The notes beneath the pieces were generated by a model, which made no database searches, was not told where the DNA came from, and worked only from the letters and a program-made list of their open reading frames with translations. Made by a program: the position numbers and the translations under genes. 64,000 nucleotides of DNA from the IMG/VR virus record IMGVR_UViG_3300033978_000437, one strand, 5' to 3'. This document shows positions 9,588-19,679 of this stretch, one piece after another. Within the stretch, counting starts at the first letter, position 1. Every line of letters begins with the position of its first letter. Origin of the DNA: a virus.

Positions 9588-10337
9588 CTATTTTGAATGA
9601 ATCATGTGATGGAAAAAATTAGATTTATCCCGCCTTCCTGGAATTAGACCATATTTTTGCTTATTTTTCCATGCTACATAATTAAAACTCAATTGATCCC
9701 TATAGCTGTTGTGCTCTATCTCGGCCCACCAATGCTTATTAAATTCCGTAGTTGCTTCCCCTTGCTTGCGTAGTAAACAAGCTGTCTCTACTAACCCGTT
9801 GTAAGCTGGATAACCTTCTTTTCGATAGTTTGCAATTTGCTGCTGCATCAATGCTTTGTTGTCTTTTTTGTACTTTATGCATGCGTTCAGTTCTTGATAA
9901 ATACAAATACGCTCAGGATGCTTGAAAGTAGAAATAAAATTGTCTTTTAAAAAAGGCAGCACACTATCTACTAATTTTACATCTTCTTTGATGATTTGAG
10001 TTCCATCCAACCAGAGGGTGTGGGTTATATCATCAGTACAAAAGATATGGGGGTTAACTTTGCAGAAACGAGCTGTGCGCCTTTTACACAAAGGGTGCGT
10101 CCAAACTAAAGGCTTTATCTGCCAAACAATACTTCCATTAGGTGCTTGATACTGATAACAGTCTTGGCTTATTTTAATAGCATTTTTAATTGTTTGATCG
10201 GTATATAAGACATACTCTACATCCTGTTCTGTAGGAGCAAGCGAAGATAACAAGCTTTTTGTAACATTATCATGTTTACCCGCAACGCAACTGTAGACTA
10301 GCGTTTTACTCATGATTGCCGGTACCATCTTCCCCAC
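9588..10337 (-). CDS. DUF616/TOD1-MUCI70-like glycosyltransferase
   Basis: ARFCKVNPH, LWLDG, FKHPERICIYQE, WWAEI..SYRDQLSFNYV. Confidence 0.75.
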   Translation of the reverse strand: MGKMVPAIMSKTLVYSCVAGKHDNVTKSLLSSLAPTEQDVEYVLYTDQTIKNAIKISQDCYQYQAPNGSIVWQIKPLVWTHPLCKRRTARFCKVNPHIFCTDDITHTLWLDGTQIIKEDVKLVDSVLPFLKDNFISTFKHPERICIYQELNACIKYKKDNKALMQQQIANYRKEGYPAYNGLVETACLLRKQGEATTEFNKHWWAEIEHNSYRDQLSFNYVAWKNKQKYGLIPGRRDKSNFFHHMIHSK

Positions 10338-11107
10338 TTATATTTGTCACCTCTAGAAACAGATCGATAATGAAAAATAAAAGTGCTTAAAACAACACCG
10401 GATTTCATTCCTTTTTTAGCCCAGCGTGCTTGTAGCTCATCTTCATTTCCGGTCATCATAGGAGTTGGATTAAGCCTACCATAGACATAATATTTATTTT
10501 TAGGTCTGAAAAAATGACGCTCATCAAACTTTCCATCTTCCCAAGCTTTTAAAGTTGCCATTAAGAAAAACCCATTGATTTTTCTTTCTAAAATTTTATT
10601 AAAGTGCATTTGCTTTAATTGCGTTGCGACTTGCTCAATTTCTACCGAATCATCCGTAAGCTTGTAATTAGGTATGTAGGCTTCCACATTCTGTCTACCT
10701 TTGGCTGTGACTCCAGGAGCGTTAGAGATTGGGCCAACTAGCGAATAACCATTAGCTAAAGCATATGTCATCCCTTCGTGCCAACCCGCCGAGAAAATGA
10801 TGTCATTATTCCCCGCAATAACATAGTCTAATTTTAGTTTTGAAGCTAACGCAAGCCCTGCATTCCAGCTTCGAGTCAGTCCTGCAGATTCAGTGAAATT
10901 TAAAATATATAAAGAAATGGTGGGGTAGCTATTTGCTAGCTGCTGCAATGACTGCTCATAATCATTGCTCCACCCAGCTTCTCCATCGTTTACGACGATA
11001 GCTACACCATTTGGAGTAGTATCAAAAAAAGACTTTAAAGCTTTTTGAGTGTAACTTGCAAAAGCTGTCGCATTGTATACGGGGCAAATGAACCCAATTT
11101 TAAGCAT
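10310..11107 (-). CDS. GT2-family glycosyltransferase
   Basis: FICPVYN, IVVNDG, GLTRSWNAGL, GNNDII; likely start MLKIGF at 11107. Confidence 0.75.
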   Translation of the reverse strand: MLKIGFICPVYNATAFASYTQKALKSFFDTTPNGVAIVVNDGEAGWSNDYEQSLQQLANSYPTISLYILNFTESAGLTRSWNAGLALASKLKLDYVIAGNNDIIFSAGWHEGMTYALANGYSLVGPISNAPGVTAKGRQNVEAYIPNYKLTDDSVEIEQVATQLKQMHFNKILERKINGFFLMATLKAWEDGKFDERHFFRPKNKYYVYGRLNPTPMMTGNEDELQARWAKKGMKSGVVLSTFIFHYRSVSRGDKYKWGRWYRQS

Positions 11108-11117
11108 AATATTTTCT

Positions 11118-13034
11118 TTAGCTGCCTCCGCCGCCCTGCTGTAGTTGCTGCTGTAACATAGCCCCGCCTTGCATACGCATCTGCCTACGCTGTTCATCTA
11201 GCTTAGTGCGAGTAATTGAATGCAATGTAGGATTATTTGCTTTAAGTTTGCGCAATTCAGAATCTTTGACGGATTCAGGAATGCCTAACAACTCTTGTGC
11301 AAGCTGTTCTGCTGCTGACTGTAGATCATTAGGGGTAATGGCTGCATTCGGTCCCATTGAAGCCAAATAAGTCGTGACGGGGGTTGGAACACCGCCACCA
11401 AGTGCACCGCCTGCACCCGCTGGGGCAGGTCCGCCACCGGCTGGAGGGGCACCGCCCGCTGGAGGGGCACCACCTGGAGGAGGAGCACCTGCCCCAGCTT
11501 CTGGGTTAATACCTTTAGACACTTGAGAAGCGAACCCAGCTTGCTCTGCTTCTTCCGCTTGACGAGCTTGCATTTTCTGTTGTTTGCTTGCTTCTTCTGC
11601 AAGTAACTTCTGTTCTGCGTCCCAACTGTAGCCCATTGCTCGAAGTCCAGTTGTACCAGACAACTGTTGCCCCATCATTAACTGCAACGCAGCCATCTGT
11701 TTCTGCATATCATCCGCAGTAGTAACACGCTGTAAGCTGCACTCCACTGTTTCCCAAGACATGATTTGACTAATAGCAGTGCACATCCACTGCAGAAAGG
11801 AGTTTGCATCTGTAACCAGCTGACGATGGGTGCTTTCAAAAAGGCGAAGGGCCACAGGGGCAGCTTGTAGCGACAAGGAACCTTGATAGAACTCCACAGG
11901 TGTACCGCATTCGTTTAATAACTCTTCAGTACCTTGTTGAATCAACTCAGTGGGAGCTAGTTGTTTCGCATCTCCCCCAAGGATCTGGTAGTTAACTGGA
12001 AAAGGCAGAAGCTGCCAAGCTGCTGGATCTCGTCTGCGTCTGTTGATCATTTGTCTGACTTGAGATCGAAAGTCACCAGCTGAGTAAATAGACATGGGGT
12101 CTTGTGTCGCCACACTACCTGCATTAGAGCCACCACTGCGGGCAGCAGGGGTAATTAAACGGAAGGGGATAACATAGTCCAAGGCGATGGCTTCATTGTA
12201 CCTACGAAGGACCTGCACATACCATATTTGGCGATAGTTGGTTAAACTGCGTGGTAAACCCCAGCCTAGGTTACGAATACCCGCTAAGGTTGGTTCTTTC
12301 ATATGAAAAATGGCATCTGGATTAAATCTAAACAATTTGTCTGTACGAATAGCTTCAAGCACTTGCTTACTTGCTCGCTCGAGATGAAATAGATTCCCAT
12401 CTTTAATCATTTTCTTGTAGTACTCGGGAATACGCCATAGATAAGATACTTCGTCTGTGTAGGGGTCATGCAAGATTTCAATTTCGTGGGGACTCCATCG
12501 CTTTAAAATTACATGCTTTGATTCTTCTCTGGCCTTATCTTCAACAATCCAAGCACCACGCCATTTAGTCTTTGGGCAAGTAGCTTCAAATTTGAAATCT
12601 TCTGTAAACTTGAAATCAAAATTATCGTATACATATTTAAGTGGGTAGATATCTCCGGTCTTTGGATTGCGAAGAAACCTACGAAATGGAACAACTACGC
12701 TAGAAAAAGAATTTCCATAGCAAAGGCGGTCTCGCATAATTTGCCCAAGGAAATCTAACACATGCAATTGTTTGTTTAAAAAGTCAGAATACTTGTTTTT
12801 TTCGTCGTCACTAGTGTCTCCCCCTATTTCAATATCTGTGATGAAATAGCTGACAATGCGTTCCATTGCCATGCGGTAGGTGCCCTGCACAGTCCAAATG
12901 TACTCAGACCACCACAATGCCGACTTCATAGTAGTCGGCATTTGCGTAGTGGCTATGTCATTAAAAGGGTCAGCAAAACCGGTATTAGTGGCACTGCGAT
13001 TAAAGAATTGGCTGCCCGAAGACATCATTGACAT
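11118..13034 (-). CDS. Probable portal protein
   Basis: 638 aa; YRMAMERIVSYF, YGNSF, WSPHEIEI, GLPRSL pattern recalled from large-phage portals; flexible P/G/A-rich C-terminus; inference. Confidence 0.5.
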   Translation of the reverse strand: MSMMSSGSQFFNRSATNTGFADPFNDIATTQMPTTMKSALWWSEYIWTVQGTYRMAMERIVSYFITDIEIGGDTSDDEKNKYSDFLNKQLHVLDFLGQIMRDRLCYGNSFSSVVVPFRRFLRNPKTGDIYPLKYVYDNFDFKFTEDFKFEATCPKTKWRGAWIVEDKAREESKHVILKRWSPHEIEILHDPYTDEVSYLWRIPEYYKKMIKDGNLFHLERASKQVLEAIRTDKLFRFNPDAIFHMKEPTLAGIRNLGWGLPRSLTNYRQIWYVQVLRRYNEAIALDYVIPFRLITPAARSGGSNAGSVATQDPMSIYSAGDFRSQVRQMINRRRRDPAAWQLLPFPVNYQILGGDAKQLAPTELIQQGTEELLNECGTPVEFYQGSLSLQAAPVALRLFESTHRQLVTDANSFLQWMCTAISQIMSWETVECSLQRVTTADDMQKQMAALQLMMGQQLSGTTGLRAMGYSWDAEQKLLAEEASKQQKMQARQAEEAEQAGFASQVSKGINPEAGAGAPPPGGAPPAGGAPPAGGGPAPAGAGGALGGGVPTPVTTYLASMGPNAAITPNDLQSAAEQLAQELLGIPESVKDSELRKLKANNPTLHSITRTKLDEQRRQMRMQGGAMLQQQLQQGGGGS

Positions 13035-13069
13035 TGCTGATTCTCCCTAGCAATTTTGCACAGCTATAA

Positions 13070-13279
13070 TTACTGAGCTGGTTTACTGCTATCTTTAACT
13101 AATTCTACTGCTTTTTTAATTAAGTCTTGGTCTAGATTGTCTGCAATTTCCTTAGTTTCTGGAAATAACAAAAGTTGTTTTGCACCAGCTGTTTTAGTTT
13201 TACAGCTGCAATTACCACCACAGCCGCAACCACCGCCACATCTAGGGGTGTTTGTTGTAATAGCTCCATTCTTTTCCAT
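13070..13279 (-). CDS. Small protein with Cys/Gly cluster
   Basis: CGGGCGCGGNCSCK. Confidence 0.6.
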   Translation of the reverse strand: MEKNGAITTNTPRCGGGCGCGGNCSCKTKTAGAKQLLLFPETKEIADNLDQDLIKKAVELVKDSSKPAQ

Positions 13280-13283
13280 TGCA

Positions 13284-14285
13284 TTAATCCTCCTTATATC
13301 GAATTAAAATAACGACATCTAAACAACCAAGTGACCAATGCAGCCCAAGTGAAGAGCACAAATAAGTTTCTTTGGTTTTGGGAACAGAAATTGAAATCTG
13401 TTCTTCCCCTAGATTTGGAGGTAAATATTGAAATCCATCTTCAAATCTAGTGTCATAAACCAAAGCAACACAAGCATCCCCAGCAATCACTGCATGGTAC
13501 CTTGCAGACATTGTACCTAACTTTGCCATTTCAAAATAGACTTCATATAGCGGTCTCTCTGGTTTAACTCCAGAAAAGAATGGAATTTGTAGCTTAGCAA
13601 AGGCTGTCTGTATAGAATCAGGCATTTCTTTGTGCTCAACGGAAGCAGCACTTAGCCTATTTACTCTACCAACGAGCGCGTTTAGCAAGTTAGTCTGGTC
13701 AGCTAATTGCTGAGGGTTAGATGTTGACGACAGGGCGGCAATTGCCGCTTCTGTTTGCAACTTACGAGTTTGAAATTCTAATTTTGCATTTTGTACCCTA
13801 GGCATTTCTACTTGTAATAGGTTTTGAATTTCATCTGCAAGTTTAGTAGTTGGATTATTTTCAAATCCTAGAGAGGGAGCTGCTAACATATCCTCGCCAG
13901 AATCATCATTTGAATTAAGAAAATTTAAAGGTTTAAGAGGTTCATCCACACGCAGCTCCTTTTCGTTATAGTTTGTTTTTTCATCTAAAACCGGCACTTG
14001 CTGACTCAACCCTTTGTAAAAAGAATGTACATCATTGACTACACCACTACGCTTCGCTTCCGAATTAAACTGAGGTCTAGAGGAAGATATTGCCTTTAAA
14101 TCTAAAATAAAACCACCACCTTCTACTCCGGGATCTACTATTACAGTCTGGGGCTGATTAGGGTCAAATCCTAAAGATTGACCATCAGCTCCAGACCGAG
14201 GTATCATGGTGCCAGTCATGCCTGACTGGTTAGCGTGGTAACGTGTTGGGTCTGGAGTGTTAGATCTAACTGAGTTATCTGCCAT
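13284..14285 (-). CDS. Hypothetical protein
   Basis: 333-aa ORF. Confidence 0.75.
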   Translation of the reverse strand: MADNSVRSNTPDPTRYHANQSGMTGTMIPRSGADGQSLGFDPNQPQTVIVDPGVEGGGFILDLKAISSSRPQFNSEAKRSGVVNDVHSFYKGLSQQVPVLDEKTNYNEKELRVDEPLKPLNFLNSNDDSGEDMLAAPSLGFENNPTTKLADEIQNLLQVEMPRVQNAKLEFQTRKLQTEAAIAALSSTSNPQQLADQTNLLNALVGRVNRLSAASVEHKEMPDSIQTAFAKLQIPFFSGVKPERPLYEVYFEMAKLGTMSARYHAVIAGDACVALVYDTRFEDGFQYLPPNLGEEQISISVPKTKETYLCSSLGLHWSLGCLDVVILIRYKED

Positions 14286-14315
14286 AATTGTTGTCCAATA
14301 GCTAAAAAAAAAGAA

Positions 14316-14909
14316 TTAGTCTTCGTCTGGTTCTTCTGAAAACTGGTCATCATCCACAAAACCAGGCGTGTAAAACTGTTGAGATTCTAAATATAAAGGA
14401 TTACCAAGCCATCCTGTTTCTTCCAAAGTTGTCGGGGGCAACAATGATTGCTCCATCATTTGGTAATCTTCCTTGTTACCCACAGTAACCGCCATTTGAT
14501 TAGGCAACAACAAATAACGCTGCTTATCTCCATTTGGTTTAAGGATTGGCTTAGTCAACTGTAAAGGTATACCATACATTGCCCACACAGCGGTTTCTTT
14601 TCCTTCTCGTTTAGCAATTGCTTCGCTTAAACTTTGCAAATTTGGGTAAATATGCACTCTAGGAAAATCTCCTTCTTGCATGTCACATAGACACCAATGA
14701 TGCGTAATACTAATATTGGTTCCAGCTTCACCGCTTTCTTGTTTTATATCTTGCATCTGTGCTGATACATCTGAAGGCAATTTTTCTTTTAATGAATTGT
14801 ATTCCATGTCAGAGTCAGATAATGCCGTAAGTGCTGGTTTTAACAAAGAGTCTAAGCCGGGTACAGCAACTTTATAAGCTTCCCATTTCTCGCCATTAGT
14901 CTTAGCCAT
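14316..14909 (-). CDS. Hypothetical protein
   Basis: 197-aa ORF, acidic tail. Confidence 0.7.
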   Translation of the reverse strand: MAKTNGEKWEAYKVAVPGLDSLLKPALTALSDSDMEYNSLKEKLPSDVSAQMQDIKQESGEAGTNISITHHWCLCDMQEGDFPRVHIYPNLQSLSEAIAKREGKETAVWAMYGIPLQLTKPILKPNGDKQRYLLLPNQMAVTVGNKEDYQMMEQSLLPPTTLEETGWLGNPLYLESQQFYTPGFVDDDQFSEEPDED

Positions 14910-15141
14910 TTGTTATCCCTTCTGCTGCTTCTACAAAAGTCAAACTCAATACTACACCTTCTGATGTAATAACTACTGGGCCAGGTATAGCAATAATGTT
15001 ATTGGTTTGTTTCACCCATGTATTAATTTGCGTATCAAGTTGTTGTAAATCTTTTGCTTCAAAAGTCTTTAACTTTACAGTTTGATCCGGCAGCATAAAT
15101 TGGCGTAATGATTGTAATGGAAATTCTACAGATTTACTCAT
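14902..15141 (-). CDS. Hypothetical protein
   Basis: 79 aa, overlaps both neighbours. Confidence 0.6.
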   Translation of the reverse strand: MSKSVEFPLQSLRQFMLPDQTVKLKTFEAKDLQQLDTQINTWVKQTNNIIAIPGPVVITSEGVVLSLTFVEAAEGITNG

Positions 15142-15839
15142 GGTTTACCTTTCTTTATATTTTGTTTTTGATAAGCCAAATCTTGTTCACTAATCAAGAT
15201 TTCTTTATATCGAGAAAATGCTTTATCTTGAGTCAGCTCTGGGTAAGAAAAAAGCCGATTAGCTGCTTTTATATGTAAAGGATCTGGCTTAAAACTAGAA
15301 ACAGATGGAAGTAACCGCACATCTTTATTCCTAACATCAAAAGCATATTGTTGCTCATTACTTAATACAGCAAAAGCATGCACTTTAACTGTAGGGGTTA
15401 AGCTAGAAACAACTCGCTGCACATCTACAGCTAAAGGATCATATATGGTTAATTGCTGTAAAGCATATTGATAAAGCTTTGAGTTTTGAATGTCAAATTG
15501 AACAGATTCGAGCATGCCGTCTACAAGACTACCCCACTGTTCAACACTTGAAGCCCATAAGACATGATTCCAACTAGGATCGTCATTAAACTTAAATCCA
15601 TTAAAAACTGGCTTCTCAAATTTGTACCAAAATATCTTTAAATTATGTTGTTGCACTAAGTCTGCTAAGTTGGTGTCGGTGTACCTACCCCATAGATACA
15701 AAGCAGCAGGAGTGTACCAAACATAACCAGGAACATCTTCGAGCCTCCCTGCCCGTTGAAATTCTATACGGTACTTTGGTACACGAAATGCTTTAAACTC
15801 ATAGAATTTGTCATCTTTTGGTTTAAATGGAGAATCCAT
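15138..15839 (-). CDS. Hypothetical protein
   Basis: 233-aa ORF. Confidence 0.7.
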   Translation of the reverse strand: MDSPFKPKDDKFYEFKAFRVPKYRIEFQRAGRLEDVPGYVWYTPAALYLWGRYTDTNLADLVQQHNLKIFWYKFEKPVFNGFKFNDDPSWNHVLWASSVEQWGSLVDGMLESVQFDIQNSKLYQYALQQLTIYDPLAVDVQRVVSSLTPTVKVHAFAVLSNEQQYAFDVRNKDVRLLPSVSSFKPDPLHIKAANRLFSYPELTQDKAFSRYKEILISEQDLAYQKQNIKKGKP

Positions 15840-15842
15840 GGT

Positions 15843-16520
15843 TCAAAACCCTAATTTAAACAATGTAGCAACTAGCAAAGAACTATCACGATCAGCACTA
15901 GCTCCTATGCCCATCCAACCTTGTGTTAATCCAGTATATTTTTGCTTGTTCTCCTCAATAGGCTCTGTAAAAGCACAAGCTTCCATTAAATCTCGTACTG
16001 AGATTGCATCCGCTATTTCTAACTGCGGGCTGTCCATCCATAAAGCCGATGGAAGAGGTTGTCCTAGTGCCCCGCATGCGTAAGCAAATCGTTGCATAAA
16101 ATTCTTTAAACCTTGCATGCCTATAAATGTAATGTGCTTAGCCTGTGAGTTACCTACCCATTCACCGGGAAAGGTGTTTAATAAGAAAGCACGAGCTGCT
16201 AGGCTTACCGCCAACTTATTATCTCCAGGTACTCTCTTGGCAAGTTGGTAAGTCACCACTTTTTCCAAAGCTGGAACAACAAATCGAATTGCAAGAATAT
16301 TACGATTGAGCGGGTCTAACTGTGCGAACGCACTTTCTTGCTGTTTCATGGTTTGCAAGTATTCGTGATACTCTGGAAGACACAGAGTAGGAGCTAATGT
16401 AGCTGCAAATTGTTTATCCTCTGCAGCTTTAGACTTCTTAGCTTTTTCTACCCAATCTAATCGAGCTGTCTCTGCTTCTTCCGCAGTTGTCACATCTGCC
16501 CAACTAACAAATACACGCAT
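15843..16520 (-). CDS. Hypothetical protein
   Basis: 225-aa ORF. Confidence 0.7.
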   Translation of the reverse strand: MRVFVSWADVTTAEEAETARLDWVEKAKKSKAAEDKQFAATLAPTLCLPEYHEYLQTMKQQESAFAQLDPLNRNILAIRFVVPALEKVVTYQLAKRVPGDNKLAVSLAARAFLLNTFPGEWVGNSQAKHITFIGMQGLKNFMQRFAYACGALGQPLPSALWMDSPQLEIADAISVRDLMEACAFTEPIEENKQKYTGLTQGWMGIGASADRDSSLLVATLFKLGF

Positions 16521-16528
16521 AAGTTCTC

Positions 16529-17656
16529 CTAAGCGATAATGATTTCACTAATGTGAAAATTAGATAGTTCTGCAGCTGTAATTTGTGCAACTTCGTGCTG
16601 CCCAACCCATATCTTGACATGAGGAACTTCGTTTACCATACAAGGTTCGGCTACAACTCCTCGAATGACATTATGGACTCTCAGAGTTTCGTACTCCGTC
16701 CCATTTAATTCGTTTGCTCGTAGCTCTCTGTCTAAAGGTATACACCCAAGAACTAAAGCTCCAGCTTTCTCTCCCCAGTTTTTAAATCTACGCTGTGCTT
16801 CGTTTGCAATGCTTGTAATAGGTATAGAAGTCATGCCTTTGCAAGTTTGCATCAAGTTATCAACTATCAGTAGATCTACTGGTTCATTAAGCTTGGGATA
16901 GACAAAAAAGTCATAAATCTTTTGAAACCCTGCGTTACTGCTTGCACAGTTCTCCCACACATCTTTAGGAATGTTAACCAAATGTGAGTCAGTAATCTTA
17001 GGTGCACCTTCTAACAACCTAGTTAGCTGCGTTGCACCACTTCCGGGAGTTAAAACACTTTCAGTAATTCGATGCAATAGCCAACGGACTGCATCTTGTT
17101 TGCCAACCAACAAAACAGGTTTATGCCGATTGATCGCATGCGTTTCAACTGCTTCGTTTTCTGCATAAAATTGAAATCCAAGATTGATAGGAGTAGAAAC
17201 ACGCAACTCTTCTCTTTGTTCATTACCTTTCTTCTTCTCTGCAGCTTGATGCTCACTGTGTTTTTTAACTACAGTCTGCATCCAAGGGAATACAGTTTGA
17301 GTCATTCCAGCAAATAGAACTTGCTCGTCAAAGGGCTGTTGAGCTTGTACAGCAGCTGCATTAATTAGCACTTCTTTAAACATGATCATCTGCTGGTCTG
17401 TCATGTCTGCAAGGGCAGTGTCTACAGCACTAAAGTCAGTGTCTCGACAAAGCCAATCCAGTTCATAAAGGCACATAGCATACAGCTGCCTAGATGCAAG
17501 CATGCTTGCTATAAGCTGGGTGAAACCAGGATGACTACCTACTAATTTATTGGCGGTTGCTGCGACTAACTCCATGTCAGTAACGAGCTGCGGATCAATT
17601 GCGTCGGCAACTGGGTTAGTGGCTGTCTCTGTGGGTTTGAGTTCTTCTTCTGACAT
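16529..17656 (-). CDS. Hypothetical protein (possibly degenerate P-loop/helicase-like C-terminus)
   Basis: 375 aa; VDLLIVDNL Walker-B-like segment but no intact Walker A. Confidence 0.6.
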   Translation of the reverse strand: MSEEELKPTETATNPVADAIDPQLVTDMELVAATANKLVGSHPGFTQLIASMLASRQLYAMCLYELDWLCRDTDFSAVDTALADMTDQQMIMFKEVLINAAAVQAQQPFDEQVLFAGMTQTVFPWMQTVVKKHSEHQAAEKKKGNEQREELRVSTPINLGFQFYAENEAVETHAINRHKPVLLVGKQDAVRWLLHRITESVLTPGSGATQLTRLLEGAPKITDSHLVNIPKDVWENCASSNAGFQKIYDFFVYPKLNEPVDLLIVDNLMQTCKGMTSIPITSIANEAQRRFKNWGEKAGALVLGCIPLDRELRANELNGTEYETLRVHNVIRGVVAEPCMVNEVPHVKIWVGQHEVAQITAAELSNFHISEIIIA

Positions 17657-17669
17657 TACAATCCTTTCT

Positions 17670-17683
17670 AAAATCTGGATTTT
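17670..17683. promoter_or_regulatory. Dyad motif AAAATCCRGATTTT copy
   Basis: Intergenic, immediately upstream of the RBS of the 17656 gene. Confidence 0.55.
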
Positions 17684-17686
17684 AAA

Positions 17687-18061
17687 TTAAACAATCACTA
17701 CACCGGTATCGTTTGTTGGCTGTCGCTGAGACAACACCTCTTGCAACGCAATAGAAAATGCTTCGATGTCATCTAAACGAACTGTAACCAACCAAGGTTT
17801 GTGGTTCCTACGATGAAACACCGCAGGTATTTTAACAGACTTTGCATCAGTGACCGCTTGTTCTACTGCTTCGTAGATGTTCAGTTTTTCTACACGTTTG
17901 CTTTCTACATGGATATTGCCCAGCCCTACAACATCTTCTCCTTCTAACCCGCTATATTGCTGCCCTCTTCGTGCCTTTGCACCAAACAGTCTATTTAATT
18001 CCGCAGCTAGTTCTCTTTCACCAACTGCACCTTTGTTACGAGAATTCTTTCTTTTTGCCAT
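17687..18061 (-). CDS. Holliday-junction resolvase-like PD-(D/E)xK nuclease
   Basis: SRNKGAVGERE, GEDV, HVESKR; likely start MAKRK at 18061. Confidence 0.7.
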   Translation of the reverse strand: MAKRKNSRNKGAVGERELAAELNRLFGAKARRGQQYSGLEGEDVVGLGNIHVESKRVEKLNIYEAVEQAVTDAKSVKIPAVFHRRNHKPWLVTVRLDDIEAFSIALQEVLSQRQPTNDTGVVIV

Positions 18062-18103
18062 ATTTGTATTTCCTTTAATAATAAAAGTTATATTCATTGA
18101 TTC

Positions 18104-18817
18104 TTATTTGAACCTTACGACAATTTCCCACTCTTCAACAACCGGCTGTTTAAATTTGACATCTAATGGTTTTGGACCATGACTAGGTTCATACTTTTGA
18201 GTATCTATTGGTGCATTAATAGGGACTACACGAGAATTAGCCATGTTATGCACAAGACTTGAAGGTCTCACAAATAAATCATATGCCCTACTTGGCACTT
18301 CCTTAGCCCAAGTCGCAATAGCTTCGGTGCAGTCTTCGACTAACCAGTGGGTTGGATGTCCTTGCCAAAAAGTCCAAGTAAACCGCATACCATGTTGCCG
18401 AAGCACACCCTCTCCGTTTTCAGTATCCTGCTGAAAACTAGGTAAACGAAACCAAACTAAATGTTTGGCATTCTTCAATGACTCCCATACTAGTTTTCGA
18501 GCCCACTCTTTGTTTGGTACATGTTCAAGAAAATGCCAAGCAAGATAAATTTCTGATTTAGGTAAAGCTGCAATAGATTCGTCCACTGCCAGATCCGCAA
18601 TACGAAAATTGTAATTCTTTTTTTCAACAATTGTTCGATATTTTTCCATCTCTGGTCTTTCATATCCAACGCAACGGCGTGGCTGTAGTTTATCAAACAA
18701 ATCTTTATTTTTTAGATACATGTTACCTATTCGACGGCATTCATCCATTGCCCATCCATGTTTAGTACCAAGATCTACAATATCAAATTCGGGATTCATT
18801 CTTATACCCCCTTTCAT
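18104..18817 (-). CDS. SAM-dependent methyltransferase-like protein
   Basis: DIVDLGTKHG, LAWHFLEHVP. Confidence 0.5.
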   Translation of the reverse strand: MKGGIRMNPEFDIVDLGTKHGWAMDECRRIGNMYLKNKDLFDKLQPRRCVGYERPEMEKYRTIVEKKNYNFRIADLAVDESIAALPKSEIYLAWHFLEHVPNKEWARKLVWESLKNAKHLVWFRLPSFQQDTENGEGVLRQHGMRFTWTFWQGHPTHWLVEDCTEAIATWAKEVPSRAYDLFVRPSSLVHNMANSRVVPINAPIDTQKYEPSHGPKPLDVKFKQPVVEEWEIVVRFK

Positions 18818-19665
18818 ATTAAGCGCTGTCGCCGTGTCGGGTTACGCTGCCTTAAATCTGATTGCGAAGAATTAGCCACAAGTATCGACTTAGGCTTTGT
18901 TTCTTGCTTTTTCTGCATCTGTGCTCGAAACTCTTCCATAATCCAATGCAAGCATAACGAATCAAAACCTGCACTATGCATTTGTTCTGGGGAAACATTG
19001 TGCTTAGCTATCAATCCATATTGTTCCAAGATTAATGGCAATGACCATTTAATTCCGGCTACTTTTATTCCGATTACTCGTTTAAAGTAACTTTTTAAAT
19101 CGTCTGACCTATAAGGTAATACGGTTAATCGATAATTAGCACAGTTAGAATTTGAAGATTCCCATATCTGTGTAGCCTTATAAATGCCACCCACATCAAA
19201 GTAATTATCAGAAGGTAGTTCAAAACCTTTGTTTAAGAATCTATTAAAGTTACCACGAAGCAACCTTTCATCTGCGTTCTGCCCATTCTGAGCTACAAAT
19301 GGAAGATTTCTGTTATTCCATGCGTCAAACAACTTGTAATAGAATTGTAAGGCTTGTAAAGGATTGATGCCTTTTTTCTTCACATAGTCCGGTAGTAGTT
19401 GCCAGCCTTCCCCTATGATAGATCGCATGGTATTTAACTTGTAGTCTAACCAATCTTCTGTGATGGAAGGATGATCATACCAGTTAAGGACAAGACTAAG
19501 CTGATCAACAACTTTGCCATCTTCAACTATTGTGTGACCAATCTCCATGATTAGATCAGTTTGTTCGCTACTCCCAGTAAACTCTGTGTCGAAACACAAA
19601 TAGCTTTTAGGTAAAGTATTGCCATACTTTGTAGCGAACTCTTGCCCCCATGCATCAATAATCAT
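18814..19665 (-). CDS. DEDDh 3'-5' exonuclease (DnaQ-like)
   Basis: FDTEFTG, MEIG, AQNG..AD, HSAGFD. Confidence 0.78.
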   Translation of the reverse strand: MIIDAWGQEFATKYGNTLPKSYLCFDTEFTGSSEQTDLIMEIGHTIVEDGKVVDQLSLVLNWYDHPSITEDWLDYKLNTMRSIIGEGWQLLPDYVKKKGINPLQALQFYYKLFDAWNNRNLPFVAQNGQNADERLLRGNFNRFLNKGFELPSDNYFDVGGIYKATQIWESSNSNCANYRLTVLPYRSDDLKSYFKRVIGIKVAGIKWSLPLILEQYGLIAKHNVSPEQMHSAGFDSLCLHWIMEEFRAQMQKKQETKPKSILVANSSQSDLRQRNPTRRQRLI

Positions 19666-19679
19666 TTACAATTACTTTC

